DNA of 34,492 bases from Octopus bimaculoides (lineage: Eukaryota): contig NC_068984.1 in assembly GCF_001194135.2 (NCBI RefSeq), forward strand, positions 71,747,239-71,781,730. The letters are read 5' to 3'. The notes under the pieces were generated by a model, which saw only the letters and a program-made list of their open reading frames with translations, made no database searches and was not told where the DNA came from. Both the position numbers and the translations under genes were made by a program. Of this stretch, positions 1 to 12,169 are shown piece after piece (the stretch's first letter is position 1; each line of letters opens with the position of its first letter).

Positions 1-34
<34 letters not shown>

Positions 35-38
35 ATAT

Positions 39-83
<45 letters not shown>
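1..83. repeat. (AT)n/(GT)n microsatellite, probably the internal tract of the adjacent SINE
   Basis: Dinucleotide runs seen directly; they run straight into the SINE 3' half, and AT/GT-rich tracts adjoin the SINE halves at 16714-17493 in the same way. Confidence 0.95.
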
Positions 84-84
<1 letters not shown>

Positions 85-279
85 TTTATATCCCCAACAT
101 CGCTTGACTACCGATGTTGCTGAGTATACATCCCCGTAACTTAGTCGTTCGGTAAAACACACCGATAGAAGATGTACATGACTTAGAAAGAAAAAAATAC
201 TGGTCTCGATATCTTGGACTATTGACATTGCTCCAGCAAGGCCGCAGTTACATGACAAAAACAAGGAAAACCATAAAGA
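84..279 (+). mobile_element. SINE family A, 3' half
   Basis: ccccaacatcgcttgac...ccccgtaacttagtcgttcggtaaaacacaccgatagaa...gctccagcaaggccgcagt. It is homologous to the reverse complement of 16714-16803 (gtaacttagcggttcggcaaagagacc). Family recognised from memory of octopus repeats. Confidence 0.75.
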
Positions 280-1037
280 ACTATGCCATTTTAATCCCGA
301 GCGACGTCTGGTATCTCTGCTAGCTCAATATAAAAAGGTTCTTGCGATGAAAAGCCTAAGGGATGGTGAATTGTAATATTAGAAATCGTCTGTATCTTAA
401 GACAATAAGGAATGAAATGAATTAAAATATGACAAAGACTCAATATTTCTCCAAGTGACGTAACAAAATATTAACTTTTACCAAGTTAAAAGAATGAAGT
501 TTAAAGACTTATTTCTACATCATGCATTGATTCGGTCGTAGGTAAATGACGATATCAGTGCGTGATCAACAATTCATTTTGAATTATATATTTTTATTCG
601 ACCAAATTATATTGTGTGTAAACTTCAAGGCAATTATATGCACGCAAACACCTACATCCATCACTTTAAAAGAACAAATCAATGTTGCACTTTATGCGAC
701 GTAACCATATTGGTCGAAACATAGGTAAGAATAAACACCCTATTAGACTGAAATGCTTAATTGAAGCAATACGACAGAATTAAATGCATTTGCAGTTCTA
801 TGACAAAGAAATATAGCATTCTGTTAATTTAAAGTATAAACGAGTATATGATAATTTGCAATTATTATAAAATAATTGGTAAGATGAATGTAGCTTACGT
901 ATATTTCAATAGCTACCATGTTCCTACAATAATGAAAATCTTTTCTCATATGAGTATGTATTGATCGCTCCCTAAATTGTTAAATTATCACACGTTATGT
1001 TGATACAGTTTTTAAAACGTATATGTGCGTGATTTCG

Positions 1038-1111
1038 TGTTGGGTTAAACATGAACAAAAAGTATATTATTCGCTATTTACACTTTCACGCATAGTATAT
1101 TTTTCATAACA
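1038..1111 (+). repeat. 74-bp direct repeat, copy 1
   Basis: tgttgggttaaacatgaacaaaaagtatattattcgctatttacactttcac is identical at 1714; a few mismatches follow in the last ~20 bp. Confidence 0.9.
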
Positions 1112-1713
1112 AGGTGCAATTGTCACTCAGTTGTTTTTACTCAACTCAGTACATATAGCTTATATAAAAATTCAATTTTTATTAGTGGAATAGTGTTTAT
1201 TATAGTCAGTTAAACTAGACTATAAAATTCCCATATCATTTCAGCAACAGCTTCGCCTCATGTACAATATGTTTGACATGCTTCCATATCACATCAAAGA
1301 CAAAAAGATCAAAGTAACAAGTAATAAATACAATAGCGAATCTGAAGGTACTGTGCAAAAGATTATATTTATCAAAGTACATCGAAGCAACCTCAGAAAA
1401 AATTAAAAAATAAAAATAAAAAAGCGGATTCCAAAACAAACTAGACATTTAAATATTAGAACGTAAACAATGACACTTATAGTTGCAACACCAACATGGC
1501 TCTATCGACAGAAAAGTGAATAAATTGAAATGTGTGTGTGTGAATATATATACATACATATATATAAATATATATATATNNNNNNNNNNNNNNNNNNNNN
1601 NNNNNNNNNNNNNNNNNNNNNNNNNNNNNNNNNNNNNNNNNNNNNNNNNNATATATAAAATGTGAAGTATATTTGCCACTTAACTGCGGCTAAACCCTAA
1701 GAGTGAATGTTAC

Positions 1714-1787
1714 TGTTGGGTTAAACATGAACAAAAAGTATATTATTCGCTATTTACACTTTCACACTTAGTATATTTTTCCTAACA
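1714..1787 (+). repeat. 74-bp direct repeat, copy 2
   Basis: Matches 1038-1111 and abuts the truncated end of the LINE remnant. Confidence 0.9.
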
Positions 1788-3715
1788 TCTCCTCCAGCTG
1801 GCTATTGACACACATCTGTGCCCTGTCGGTATTTTCAAAGGGAAGTCATCCTTCCCATCAAGATGGGAAGGATGACTTCGAAACTGTTCACCCGAATATT
1901 CGATTCTACTTTGCTATATAAGTCTGTGATCTATTCACGGGAGGTCGGGCCAAACACAACCACTGCAAGGATCACCGCCAGATAATCATGGCCGACCTTA
2001 TCAAACGCTTTGTATTCATGTAAATGGACCATATGCCCACCCTTGCCAGGAATTCTATTTACCCTCCCTAAGTCATACCAAGATTGTCGGGAATTGACCT
2101 GCCAAGGATGGCGCCAGTTTGTGCCTCTCCAACAAATTTATCCACGACCCACGCCAACCGTCTCTGCTAATACCTTGGCCCAAATTTTCAGCTCTGCGTT
2201 AAGCAGAAGTATAGTTCGAAAATGATCAATACATTCCCATTGTTTGTTTCTTTTCTTAGCAGCGTCACCACCGCCCGGTTCACAGGTTTTGGAATACTCC
2301 CATTCTGCTGCCAGTTGGTGTAGACGCATGCAATTAGGTACCCAAACAAGTCTGGCATATTATAATACAGCTCGAAGGGGAGACCACCTACTCCGAGTGA
2401 CAATGCCTCTTCCACTTCCGCATCTGTGATCGGCCCTTCACAGCATTCTGCTTCCCGGCCAGACAGACGCGGCAAACCGGTGAGGAAGTCTGCGAGGTCC
2501 TCCCTATGCGCCGGCGTGTCGTCCCTCCCGAAAAGCTGGGCGAAATACTCGTCAAAAACCTTGCACATCTCCTCGGGTTTGTTTACTAAACGCTCATGTT
2601 GGTCTGTCAAAGATCTTATTGTTGCATTATTGCTGGATTGGCTGTCTACCACACGGGTACATCCGGTGACGTTGATTACTTCCTCTCCTATTGTACGTAA
2701 CTTAGCCCTGACAATGCATCGTTCGTGTTTAGCTTGGAGATGTTGGTCGTGTGCCAAGCTCGCAGTCAAAACCCTGGTTGTAGTGCCTGACCTCATTGCC
2801 TCTTCTAGAGCCTTAAGTAAAGCCCTTTCTAGTCTCTTTCTATTTCTAACTAGCTCTTAACTAAATCTAATTGACTCAAATTTAATGGCTCTTTTGAGGA
2901 TATACAACCATTTGTTGTTAATAATTGTACCAGTTAATGCTCACATCACTAGCTGCCTAATCCGGTTCCTATAGGCTATACATACCTCTTTAGCTTCCAG
3001 TAACCGAGTCCCTGTTTACACATACTAAGTCAAACCTACAGGCCATAAATTTGTGATCACTATAGTTGACAATATGAAGTTGTAGACAACTAGCTATCTT
3101 TAATTCTAAAAATAATCCTGTTTCGATAAAATATGGACGATCCATCGATATTCGCCCATGTCCACAATGAAACACCCGGCTGATACAGTCTGAATCGGTC
3201 TATCAGCTGAAAACGACCTAGCAGACCGCTGAGATAAGTGTTTCCCCTCTTATCCGAGGTCGAGGCAACACAATCTACGCGTGCCTCGCAGATTGTGTTA
3301 AAGTCTCCAAGCAATACTAAAGTGTGCGACGTTCCTAGAAAATTCTCTAGGCTTCTGAAATAGTCAGACTACCATGTTCCACATGGAGCATAGACAGCCA
3401 CCTACCTGAATGACTTACCGCTGCTGTGTGTCACATCAAGAACGGCCAACCTGCCCTCCGGTCTACAAAGACAGATAAATCCAGATTTGTTCTGAGTAGA
3501 ACTGCGACGCCTCCTCCCCCACCAGTTTCTCCTGGAAAAATAAATTTCTCGTAGCCATTTAGGAGGGGTGAAAAAGCTTGCAGTTCACTCAGTCTGGTTT
3601 CAGTAGTAACTACTAAATCCAATTCATGCGACCTGAGGTTGTCAAGGAGGCAGCTTTGCTTCCAATCCGACCTCAGACCACGTAAATGTATGCAGCCTGC
3701 GTAGAACATGAGCAT
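1782..3715 (-). mobile_element. Decayed L1/Tx1-like non-LTR retrotransposon ORF2 (APE endonuclease plus N-terminal RT), frameshifted and 3'-truncated
   Basis: Collinear peptides on the minus strand. APE: HLRGLRSDWKQ..LDLVVTTETRL, GGGVAVLL, VAVYAP..LGDFN, LIDRFR..WTW. RT: EGPITDAEVEEAL, GLPFELY, VVTLLRK, FRTILLLNAELKIWAKVLA, AFDKVGHDYL..LYS..IRVN, RQG. Confidence 0.92.
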
Positions 3716-4493
3716 AATGTTATCTTAGCTTTAAAAGAGGAAGGATGGTAATCTCTCTTCGTGCAGTTTTTCAGATGGTCTGGTTTGTGAGGTATTCTCT
3801 AAGAATTATCTATATAAATGAGATGAAAAATTCCTTTGTAAAGGTGCAACGACAGATAGGCAGAGAAAGTGACTGTTAGATAGTTACATGCTTCAAAACA
3901 AGGATCAAAGGTCGATTCCGTCGCCTATTACTTATCTTGTCAGATGAATGATCAGGTGCAGCATGCAGTGCTTTGCTCAACAACAAATCGTTCATATAAC
4001 CTTTATGTTATTTTCTTTGTTTACTCATCTCATTCTGTTTATTCTCGGTCATCATTGATATGCGTTGTGATCGATGAAATTTGTTCCTGTAACGAAATGA
4101 TTTTATAAAGTATGATACCGCTAATATATGTCCCATTTGTATAGAAAAATATTAACATGAAAGTAAAATCCTCCACAGTTTGCTGAGTGGCGTGTCAATC
4201 AAAAATTTACATCCGCTCACATATATATTGAAAGATTTCGAAGTTTCCCATCTATTAAAATCCTTGCCTGAGATGCAATGCATGGGGATTGTATTGCAAA
4301 TAATCTACATTGGTTGCAAATTTATAACCTGCTAAATATGTTTGCGAAGGCGGAGGTAAACGACATGTACCGCACACCTCTCGGGGCTTTTTTTTTTCTA
4401 TAAGAACCCACTGAATCGAGTACGGAGATTCCGAATCTATCTCCAAACAAATTTACATTTGAAACTTTAAATTCTCTCCCAATNNNNNNNNNN

Positions 4494-4571
4494 TTTGGCG
4501 AAATACGTAGAAAAATAAGAAGATGATGATTCTGAAAAAAAAAAACAAAAAAACATTTCGTAAAGTTTCAA
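4494..4571 (-). repeat. Left arm of ~70-bp inverted repeat (pairs with 6145-6212)
   Basis: Reverse complement reads tttcagaatcatcatcttcttatttttctacgtatttcgccaaa, versus tttcagaatcataatctctgtatttttctacatatttcgcccaaa at the right arm. Confidence 0.75.
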
Positions 4572-4879
4572 TGAAAATGTCATTAATTATCGGAAAGAAA
4601 ATCGGCTTGTTGCTAATCAGAAGCAGTGTACATGGGGAAAGATATGGACGTAAGGCCTTCGCAGCGTGCAACACATGGAGTGGATTGGAGAAGTAGAAAC
4701 TGTCGGAAAAGAGTTTCAATGCGAGAGAACACATTTTTGGAGAAATGTAAACGTTCTGTTTACCAAATATTTCCAATCATATTCGATTTCCTTCATCAAA
4801 CACGTGGCAGAAATTTAGCAGAAATTTAGCCACAATGATTTTTGAAAGGTATGAAAACGATAATTCACATAACATTTTT

Positions 4880-5105
4880 TTTATTGCCCACAAGGAGTTA
4901 AACATAGAGGAGACAAGCAAGGAGAGACAAAGGGATTAAGTCCATTACATCGACCCCAGTACGCAACTGGTACTTAATTTATCGACCGCGAAAGGATGAA
5001 AGGCAAAATCAACCTGGGCGGAATTTGAACTCAGAACATAACGGTAGACGAAATACCGCTAAGTATTTCGTCCGGCGTGCTAAGGTTTCTGCTAGCTCGC
5101 CGCCT
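4880..5105 (-). mobile_element. SINE family B, near full length (tRNA-like head plus conserved central domain)
   Basis: Minus strand reads ggcggcgagctagcagaaaccttagc...ttctgagttcaaattccgcc (B-box-like GTTCAAATTCC)...ttgcctttcatcctttcgcggtcgataaattaagtaccagt. Homologous copies lie at 13312, 14265 and 24862. Confidence 0.85.
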
Positions 5106-5682
5106 TCTCATAACATTTCTGTGTGCTTTTTGAGGCATACTAACAAATATGCAATTTCTTCGAATTTCGTTTTCAGAGTAAATAACTCTAAATACGTTTG
5201 TCGTTAATTTTGCAGGATGTCTCCCTGTGTTTTCTGCATCACTATCTTGACTGCTTGCAGTGTTTTCTGCCTTTCTGTCGGCACTAAAATATATTTCTCT
5301 TCCAATGAGTGAATGGTAGTGTCCTTTCTTCCACTTTTTCGTTAGAAAGTTTCAAGATATTATGTTGTGACAAACATTTTAAATCTTGATTCCTACTGTT
5401 CACAGTCAATCGTAAGCCAGAGAAATATTGGCGCCTGTTTCATTAGAATGTTTAAAGACACTGTCTTGTCAGAAAAATGTTAAAATTTAATAAATCGAAT
5501 TGTGATTAAGCCTTCATTTAATTTCATTTCATACCTACTTTATTATCAATTATACAGACAATTGCAATTGGTCTGTAAAGATAACTTATTTATCTGTACA
5601 TTTTCATAAATGTTTCTGTTTTGCGATCAACGTTACAAATACACGCAAATTCCTTGGGAGCTGAACGATCTATACAGCTAAG

Positions 5683-5850
5683 CTCTACAGACCATCCGTA
5701 ACTCCACTACTACGCTTCAAGGAATGCTTCAATATAATATTAAATATTAATACTATTAATAGTATTAAGAGTTTCATCCATCAGTGTCATGCTCACAACA
5801 TATTGATGAGGGGGGACTTCAACCTTCCCAGTGTTAATTGGTCCACAAAC
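5683..5850 (+). mobile_element. Small CR1/L2-like LINE endonuclease (APE) remnant
   Basis: LYRPS followed by ILMRGDFNLPSVNW, resembling the IYRPP...GDFNLPxINW motifs of CR1/L2 APE domains; interrupted by an AT-rich stretch. Confidence 0.55.
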
Positions 5851-6144
5851 AGCTTGAAAACAGGTTTTCTCATCTCGACTCCATTGAGATCAGTAAACAA
5901 TTCTAAGTGTAGAATACTTAGAAATAGAAGAGCAATTATTCAAAAAATAAAAAGAAGAAAAAGTTTATCCTCGGTTTGGCTGTAATTTCTAGCTTGTCAG
6001 ATTTCCGGTTGGAGCGTACTTAAAAAATTAAAGATTTTGAAGAACCCCAAAACACGTTTTCAAAATTTGCCTCTCTGGGAAAGAAAAAAAATGAGGGGGG
6101 AGAAATTTCACTCTCTGCTATAGGACAGAGAGGAGGGGTGAAAA

Positions 6145-6212
6145 ATGAAATTTTACAATTTTGTTTTTTTCAGAATCATAATCTCTGTATTTTTCTACAT
6201 ATTTCGCCCAAA
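6145..6212 (+). repeat. Right arm of ~70-bp inverted repeat (pairs with 4494-4571)
   Basis: See left arm. Confidence 0.75.
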
Positions 6213-6789
6213 AATATTTCAGGAGAACCTCATTGTATGGTATATACAGTGAAAATAAAATCCAATATATTAAAATAACACATACTAAAATTATTGAAAT
6301 AAATCTATCTTACCTGTTATTAATCTGTGGGGTAACAAATTAGTACAAGTAATCCCTACACGTATTGCTGTGTTCGTGGGGTGTGTATTAAGGCTTTACT
6401 TAATGCGTAAATCCACCAGTGCGTCCTAAGACTATGTATATTATTATGTACCACTAAATGTCAAAAATGAAGTTAAAACTTATATTAAAGATATAAATTA
6501 CAAATATATTTAAATATGTTAAATACCTAAAGTGCAATGAAGATAGACATTGAAAATGCTCTACCTAAGCAAATTTTAACCATTGAATTGGAAACACATC
6601 AAATCTTATAATATATCTAAATAAATATTCTAGAAATTACATTACTTGTAATAATTTAGTGTAAAATATATCCCTGTCAGTTCTAGTATAATAAAACATA
6701 TTTGATGTCAAATGTGAGTTGATAGTCTAGGATAAAGAGTAATTAGAAAATACAACTATTTACGTTAGAAACTTTGTAAAGCTAGTTAT

Positions 6790-7981
6790 AAATGGAGTTT
6801 TAAATTGTTGGCATGATTATTTATTTAAAGGTAATATTGTTGAATAAATACTTAGTATATATGTATATAATGCTTCTATAAATACTATTACAACTTCTAG
6901 TAACTATATTCTTCATAAGTGTGTTGAGATGATATGCTTGGTTTATTTTATTCTACGTATTTTTCATTTTATTATACGTAAAGCTATTCCTATTTCGGCA
7001 TTTACTTCCTCTCTCCATTAGTGTTTAATAATAACTCTCTCGACTGGAATATTATCATAAACTCTGTTGAACATAATAAGCACGTTTTGTTGCCTATCTT
7101 ATATGAGTTCGATCTACTAATAACATACCAATTAAGGGTGTATTCTATTTTATTAGATGTTACCTCCCATATGTATTTAGATAGAGCTATACAAATTTTT
7201 AATTTGGGATTTTTGAAAGACTGGAAATTCTGGGAAATTCTTTTAATTTCGTTTGCTGTGGATCCAATATATACTGTATTATTAATATTGTTATTATTAT
7301 TATTCTTAGAGGATACTATACATTTATAAATTACGTTATCAAGATTGCAATTATTATTAAGCCTGCATTTAGATTTGTCTTTACATTTGGATTTATTTAA
7401 AATACGGTTATGTTTATTGTTTGGGATAGTTCTGTTGTAGCCATGGTTAATATTAGTCATATTATCATTATAATTTTTTTTTAAATTTGAAATTCTTTAG
7501 TGGGGATGTAATATTACTTGCAATTCTTGTTGTAGAATAGCACACTCTCATAGTTTTATGGGAGAATATTTTCGAGTATATATTGTTCTTTATAAAGCAT
7601 GTTTTTATTATGTTCAAAATTTCTTTAATAATATTAGTTTTAATTTTGGGACCCATAAGGTAGGATTAGCCATATAATTTCCTTATTATTTATATTTTTA
7701 TTATTATTATTACTATTATTGTAATGATTATTATTATTATTATTTTTCATCGTTGTCAGTGAATTCTTCGTGTGTATATAACCTTTATACATATCATTTG
7801 TATCCGAAATATTTTTAGTATTATCCTTCGCATAATTATTAGTATTATTATTTTTATACAGACTTATTTTACAATTATCTTTATATATTTCTTTATATAG
7901 TTTATTTTTAGCACCACTAATATTCATGCCATAATTATGTAACATAAATCTCAAAATATTCAACACTTTAAAACTCCATTT
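6790..7981 (-). mobile_element. 5'-truncated Penelope-like retroelement (RT thumb/linker plus GIY-YIG endonuclease) with 21-bp terminal inverted repeat and 8-bp TSD
   Basis: Three frameshifted ORF pieces: 7640-7966 (ISG..KL Y; EIIWLILPY), 7468-7656 (KTNIIKEIL..SKIFSHKTMRVCYS) and 7002-7460 (C..C..NC..NVIYK..VYIGST..LSKYIWE..NW..C.LC..E..LLN). Terminal IR at 6790-6810 and 7961-7981 (20/21 match). CTAGTTAT lies at 6782-6789 and 7982-7989. Confidence 0.9.
7002..7460 (-). pseudogene. GIY-YIG endonuclease domain of the PLE (degenerate)
   Basis: NVIY...YIG motif pair with flanking cysteines, typical of PLE C-terminal endonucleases. Confidence 0.85.
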
Positions 7982-9335
7982 CTAGTTATTATCACCCATT
8001 GACTTCAACCTCTCTTATAATATGATTATTTTTAGTGTATTTTTCAGAGTATTTTATTTTATTCTTTTACGTTATACCCAATTCCCATAATGTTATTTGT
8101 TTCGAAGACAATTTTGGATATGAGTTGGAGTACCCTCTATTTCCCCGTTCCTTATGTATATGTATTTCGCGCCTGCACACTATCTGAAATAACTCGCGTA
8201 AAAAGTCACAATCATCTAATAATTAAGTGCATGTTTCACGTCGACTGTCAAATATTCGGAATATATGTGATATATATGAGAGTTGTATATGCATCTAATT
8301 CAATACATCACAGTGACCAAGAACAAAATTTAAATGCGTTCATTATACACATAATGATATCAACGAAGTGAAGAACAGTATGCCAATAGCGGTTCGTTGT
8401 ACATATTGACAAGCTAATGGACACCAGAAATTAAATCGTTCAGGTCTATTGTTCTAAGTTATAGATACAGCAACTTATAGTGATTAGCGTATCTGTAACA
8501 AAAATATCATTGCTAGAATGAACCATTCCAATATAAAACAATATAGTTCACCAGATATTGTTACAGAAAATCCATATTTCCACCAGCAAATACTATTTTT
8601 TGACACCGATTTTCAATGGATCTACATTAAAACGTTAATTTTGTTCTTGACTTTACTTTTGCAATTGGTTTTCCATGATGTATTCGATGATTTGTCTTGA
8701 AACAAGTTTTCTTAACCAGTAAGACATAAAAGTTAATGTTTCAAGGCACCATATGGTTATTATAATCAGCTATATTGATGTTTGCATTTTTATGGTTCTT
8801 TATTCTAAATTTCTCTTCAGTAAACATTGCTATTTCTTACAAATTTAGTTATAATCGATTATTTATTTATGTTCTGTTAATTTTATTTCCCTAATTTACT
8901 AATAAGGAACGAGCCAGCTTGCAGCTCAATAAAATGACCTAGTCATTGTAATTTAAATTATAAAATATGGACATCTATGTAATGAAAGTCTTTGCATAAT
9001 TGATTTGTATTATTTCACTTACGTACACGCATATGTATGTATCATATGTATACATATAAATAATGCAAGTACTAGCCAATGTGTATGCGTTTGTAAGAAT
9101 GACGTTGATTGCATAAACATGTGTAAGTACCACAGGTTAATGTTGTTGAATAGTATGCTTGCATATTTTTACGTGTTATAAGTGGCATATAATTGCAACT
9201 ATATAAGACTTCGTCTTCTGGATGATTTTTTGTTTCGTATTCCGAATTCCCAGTTCTACCGATTAGCTAGTTAATTATATACGTTTTAGTATAAATGTCC
9301 TGCTTTTAATCATAATGTTTTGAAAATAATAATGA

Positions 9336-9338
<3 letters not shown>

Positions 9339-9390
<52 letters not shown>
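9339..9390. repeat. (AT)n microsatellite
   Basis: Direct. Confidence 0.97.
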
Positions 9391-9391
<1 letters not shown>

Positions 9392-11229
9392 GTAAAACAA
9401 TTCTCCTTTATTACAGAGTTGAAACATGAATTACTGAAGTGCATATCTAGATTTGTTTGCATGTGCGCATTCTTATTTCAAATACATCTCTGAACGCTTG
9501 ATTTTTATGTATATATGTATATACCAATATCTCATGTCTATATGTATATGTGTTTTTCTTCAACTGGCTACTTGTCTTCAGTTTTCGACACTATGTTTGC
9601 ATGAATGTCGTGATCTGATTCAGGATAGAATGAAGTCAATTCGCGATGAACGGTCGTCTTACGATCCGATAGTTATATATAACACAAAAATAGATTGTGT
9701 GTGTATTCAGAGAATTGTTCTGTTAAGTATATCCGTAAATGCACGTACTCATGACATTGCGGGAGTAATAAGGTTTAGCAATACATTTTCTAATGTGTTT
9801 AGAAGTGTATTTTGTTACCAGTTAAAAAGTAAAGGAGGAAAATGTCTTTTGTACGTTGCAAAAGATACCATAAACAATGTCTTTAATATTTGTGCAATCA
9901 GTACTACATTGTTTCTTTTTTAGAGATCAAGGAATATATAATCCCACGTTAACGTATTTAGTTTGTAGAATGTTTCAATGCAAAATATCTCGTTATATTC
10001 ATGCAATAAATCTGCATAAAATGAACTAACACTGACACTTGTATCAATCTATGTGTATATACCAAAGCAGAAACAAAAGTTCTTTTAACTTAACTTATTC
10101 ACTGGTACGTAATGTCACACTTCAGTTTAGGTCTACATAATCCAGTCAACTAGATAATAGCTAAATACATTTCATGCCCATATGGTAGAAGTGAAATATA
10201 ATTTACCGTAACATTCGCTGATGCAGAAGACAAATACAGTTGTTAACTTACAACTAAGTATTTCCAAATATAAATATATGTGAGTGGGGGGTATAGATTT
10301 AGATATATACATATATTCATACATATTTACGTAGATATATACACACATAGCTTTCATAAATTTACACTCACGCACATATATATATACCTTCCATAAATTT
10401 ATTGTTTCCTCATGTGAGAAATAGGTCAAAATGTGATGACAGAATTTATTACAAACAAACTCAAAAGTTTGTTTTGATAGTGAGGATAAATGTCGAGTTG
10501 AAATTTCTGTGAATTACTTTCTTGGCATTGTTAGTCGAAGATAGCCCGAGAGTGAAAAGAGGTTTGTTAAATTATTTGACATTTCTTGAATTTTGAACCT
10601 GACATATCATTAGTTTGAAAGATTTCCATTTACTAGAAATGTAGATAAAGTGATAAGAGTGTATGCTGGCTAGAGACATTGATTTAAATACTTAATAGCA
10701 TCACTTATAAGTGAAGATATCTTTGTCGAAAACATTACTTGTTCTGAACCAATGCAATATATTATTTAGATATTTATAAATAACACTTAGCATCAACATT
10801 ATTCTGTTGAATGAGATAACTATGCAAATAATTTTAGTTCACAGAATAGGAGGAGAGCCAAGTTCTATCCTTATCGACCCTATGGTCAGCTAAATTTATA
10901 ACATTTTTTTAATTGCTTTAATCTATTACTTAGTTCTGTCATCTCTCAATGGAATATACAAAACATGAAACAAACTATGAAATCTACTTATTAGCTTCTC
11001 AGTAAAAATTTCTCGAATTTTGGGGATTTAGACATAGATTCTCAACATACTCGTTTACATTGTGTAAACACATAGCCTTAAAACATGTTTCGGTCAGTTT
11101 GAATAGGTTTTGGGCAGATTTGATCTGTCACAATGATATTGCTGTTGGCTTTCGACATCGCGAATCAAGCTCCATTTAGGCAAAGTGTGTAATGTACAAA
11201 AGTTATTTCGTAGTTCTCCCTATGGATTG

Positions 11230-11507
11230 TGTTTATGGCGAGAGTACGACACCGCCTGACAAGAATAGATGGCACCACTAAATATAAATTTTAGTGGTCT
11301 GGCAAAGTCGGCAGTTCGTAATTTGGTCTTTGAAGTTCAGGTATAGTTTGAGTTAGTGTGATGGAAATATTGTTTGGTGGTTCGTTACGTGTTTGTTACT
11401 GCCGCTATTTCTATTTTGTATTGTTATATCACTGTTATAATATATTATTTATCTATCGTCGACAATATCAACCGTACTACGATATTGTGGGGTATAAGGA
11501 TATAACA
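11230..11507 (+). repeat. 5' LTR
   Basis: Shares tggcgagagtac, ttggtctttgaa, gccgct.tttc, tttatctatcgt..acaatatca..cgtactacgat and taaggatataaca with 12961-13236. Confidence 0.9.
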
Positions 11508-11714
11508 TCTGGTGACGAGGAGATTTTCGAAGTTCGAGTAGGCTATTTCACGATTTGTACGTCATACAAATTATGGAGAACCTAATAGCTGCAGTAATAC
11601 AGCTTCACGAGAAACAATAGGAACAACTACAGGAGTTGCAGAAGCAAATATTACAACAACAATAGCAGTTATCTGAGTTATAGTCAAGGAATTCCGAAGA
11701 TTCGGTAAGTTCGT

Positions 11715-12160
11715 TTACGCCAGATGGCGTGGCAAACTTGATTTCTGAATTCACGTATAATATGTAAGAGGGCATTAAGTTTCCTGAGTACTACAGAACG
11801 TACGAAGAAATTTTTAACAACGGTTACATGTCATGATCGGATGAGGAGAAAGTGAAGATATTACTGCGCAAGGTAGCTCCGGTCGAGCAATAAACCTACT
11901 GTAATTTTGTATTGCCCAAGACGTCGAGTGAGATTTCTTTCCAAGAAACTATTGAATTAAACTCAAAGATCTTTTGTGACAAGAATTCGATATTTAACTC
12001 TCGAATGAAATGTCTTTTGGAACCTAACAAAAAAAAACGACGATGATGAGTTTAATACATATGCCAGTGTAGTCAACTGTGTGTGTGAGCACTTCAGGAA
12101 CTTACTCAAGATATATTTATTTCCCTTATCTTCATAGAAGGCCTTACAGCAAGCGAAGGC
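11715..12160 (+). pseudogene. gag remnant with stops and frameshifts
   Basis: FTPDGVANLISEFTY..YEEIFN..DEEKVKILLRK..FQETIEL..YASVVNCVCEHF..LIFIEGL, resembling Mag/K02A2.6-type gag. Confidence 0.7.
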
Positions 12161-12169
12161 AGAGGATAA

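Noticed and set aside
2426-2860. 144-aa plus-strand ORF
   Set aside because: Antisense shadow of the LINE ORF2 region with no protein motif.
5747-5768. 22-bp perfect palindrome TTAATACTATTAATAGTATTAA
   Set aside because: Almost all A/T within a low-complexity patch; weak significance.
6885-6926. Hammerhead remnant in the PLE 3' UTR (minus strand CUUAUGA-A-GAAUA..UACUA-GAAG)
   Set aside because: Two core mismatches, weak stem II and no stem I partner. The position is suggestive but it cannot be supported without a family consensus.
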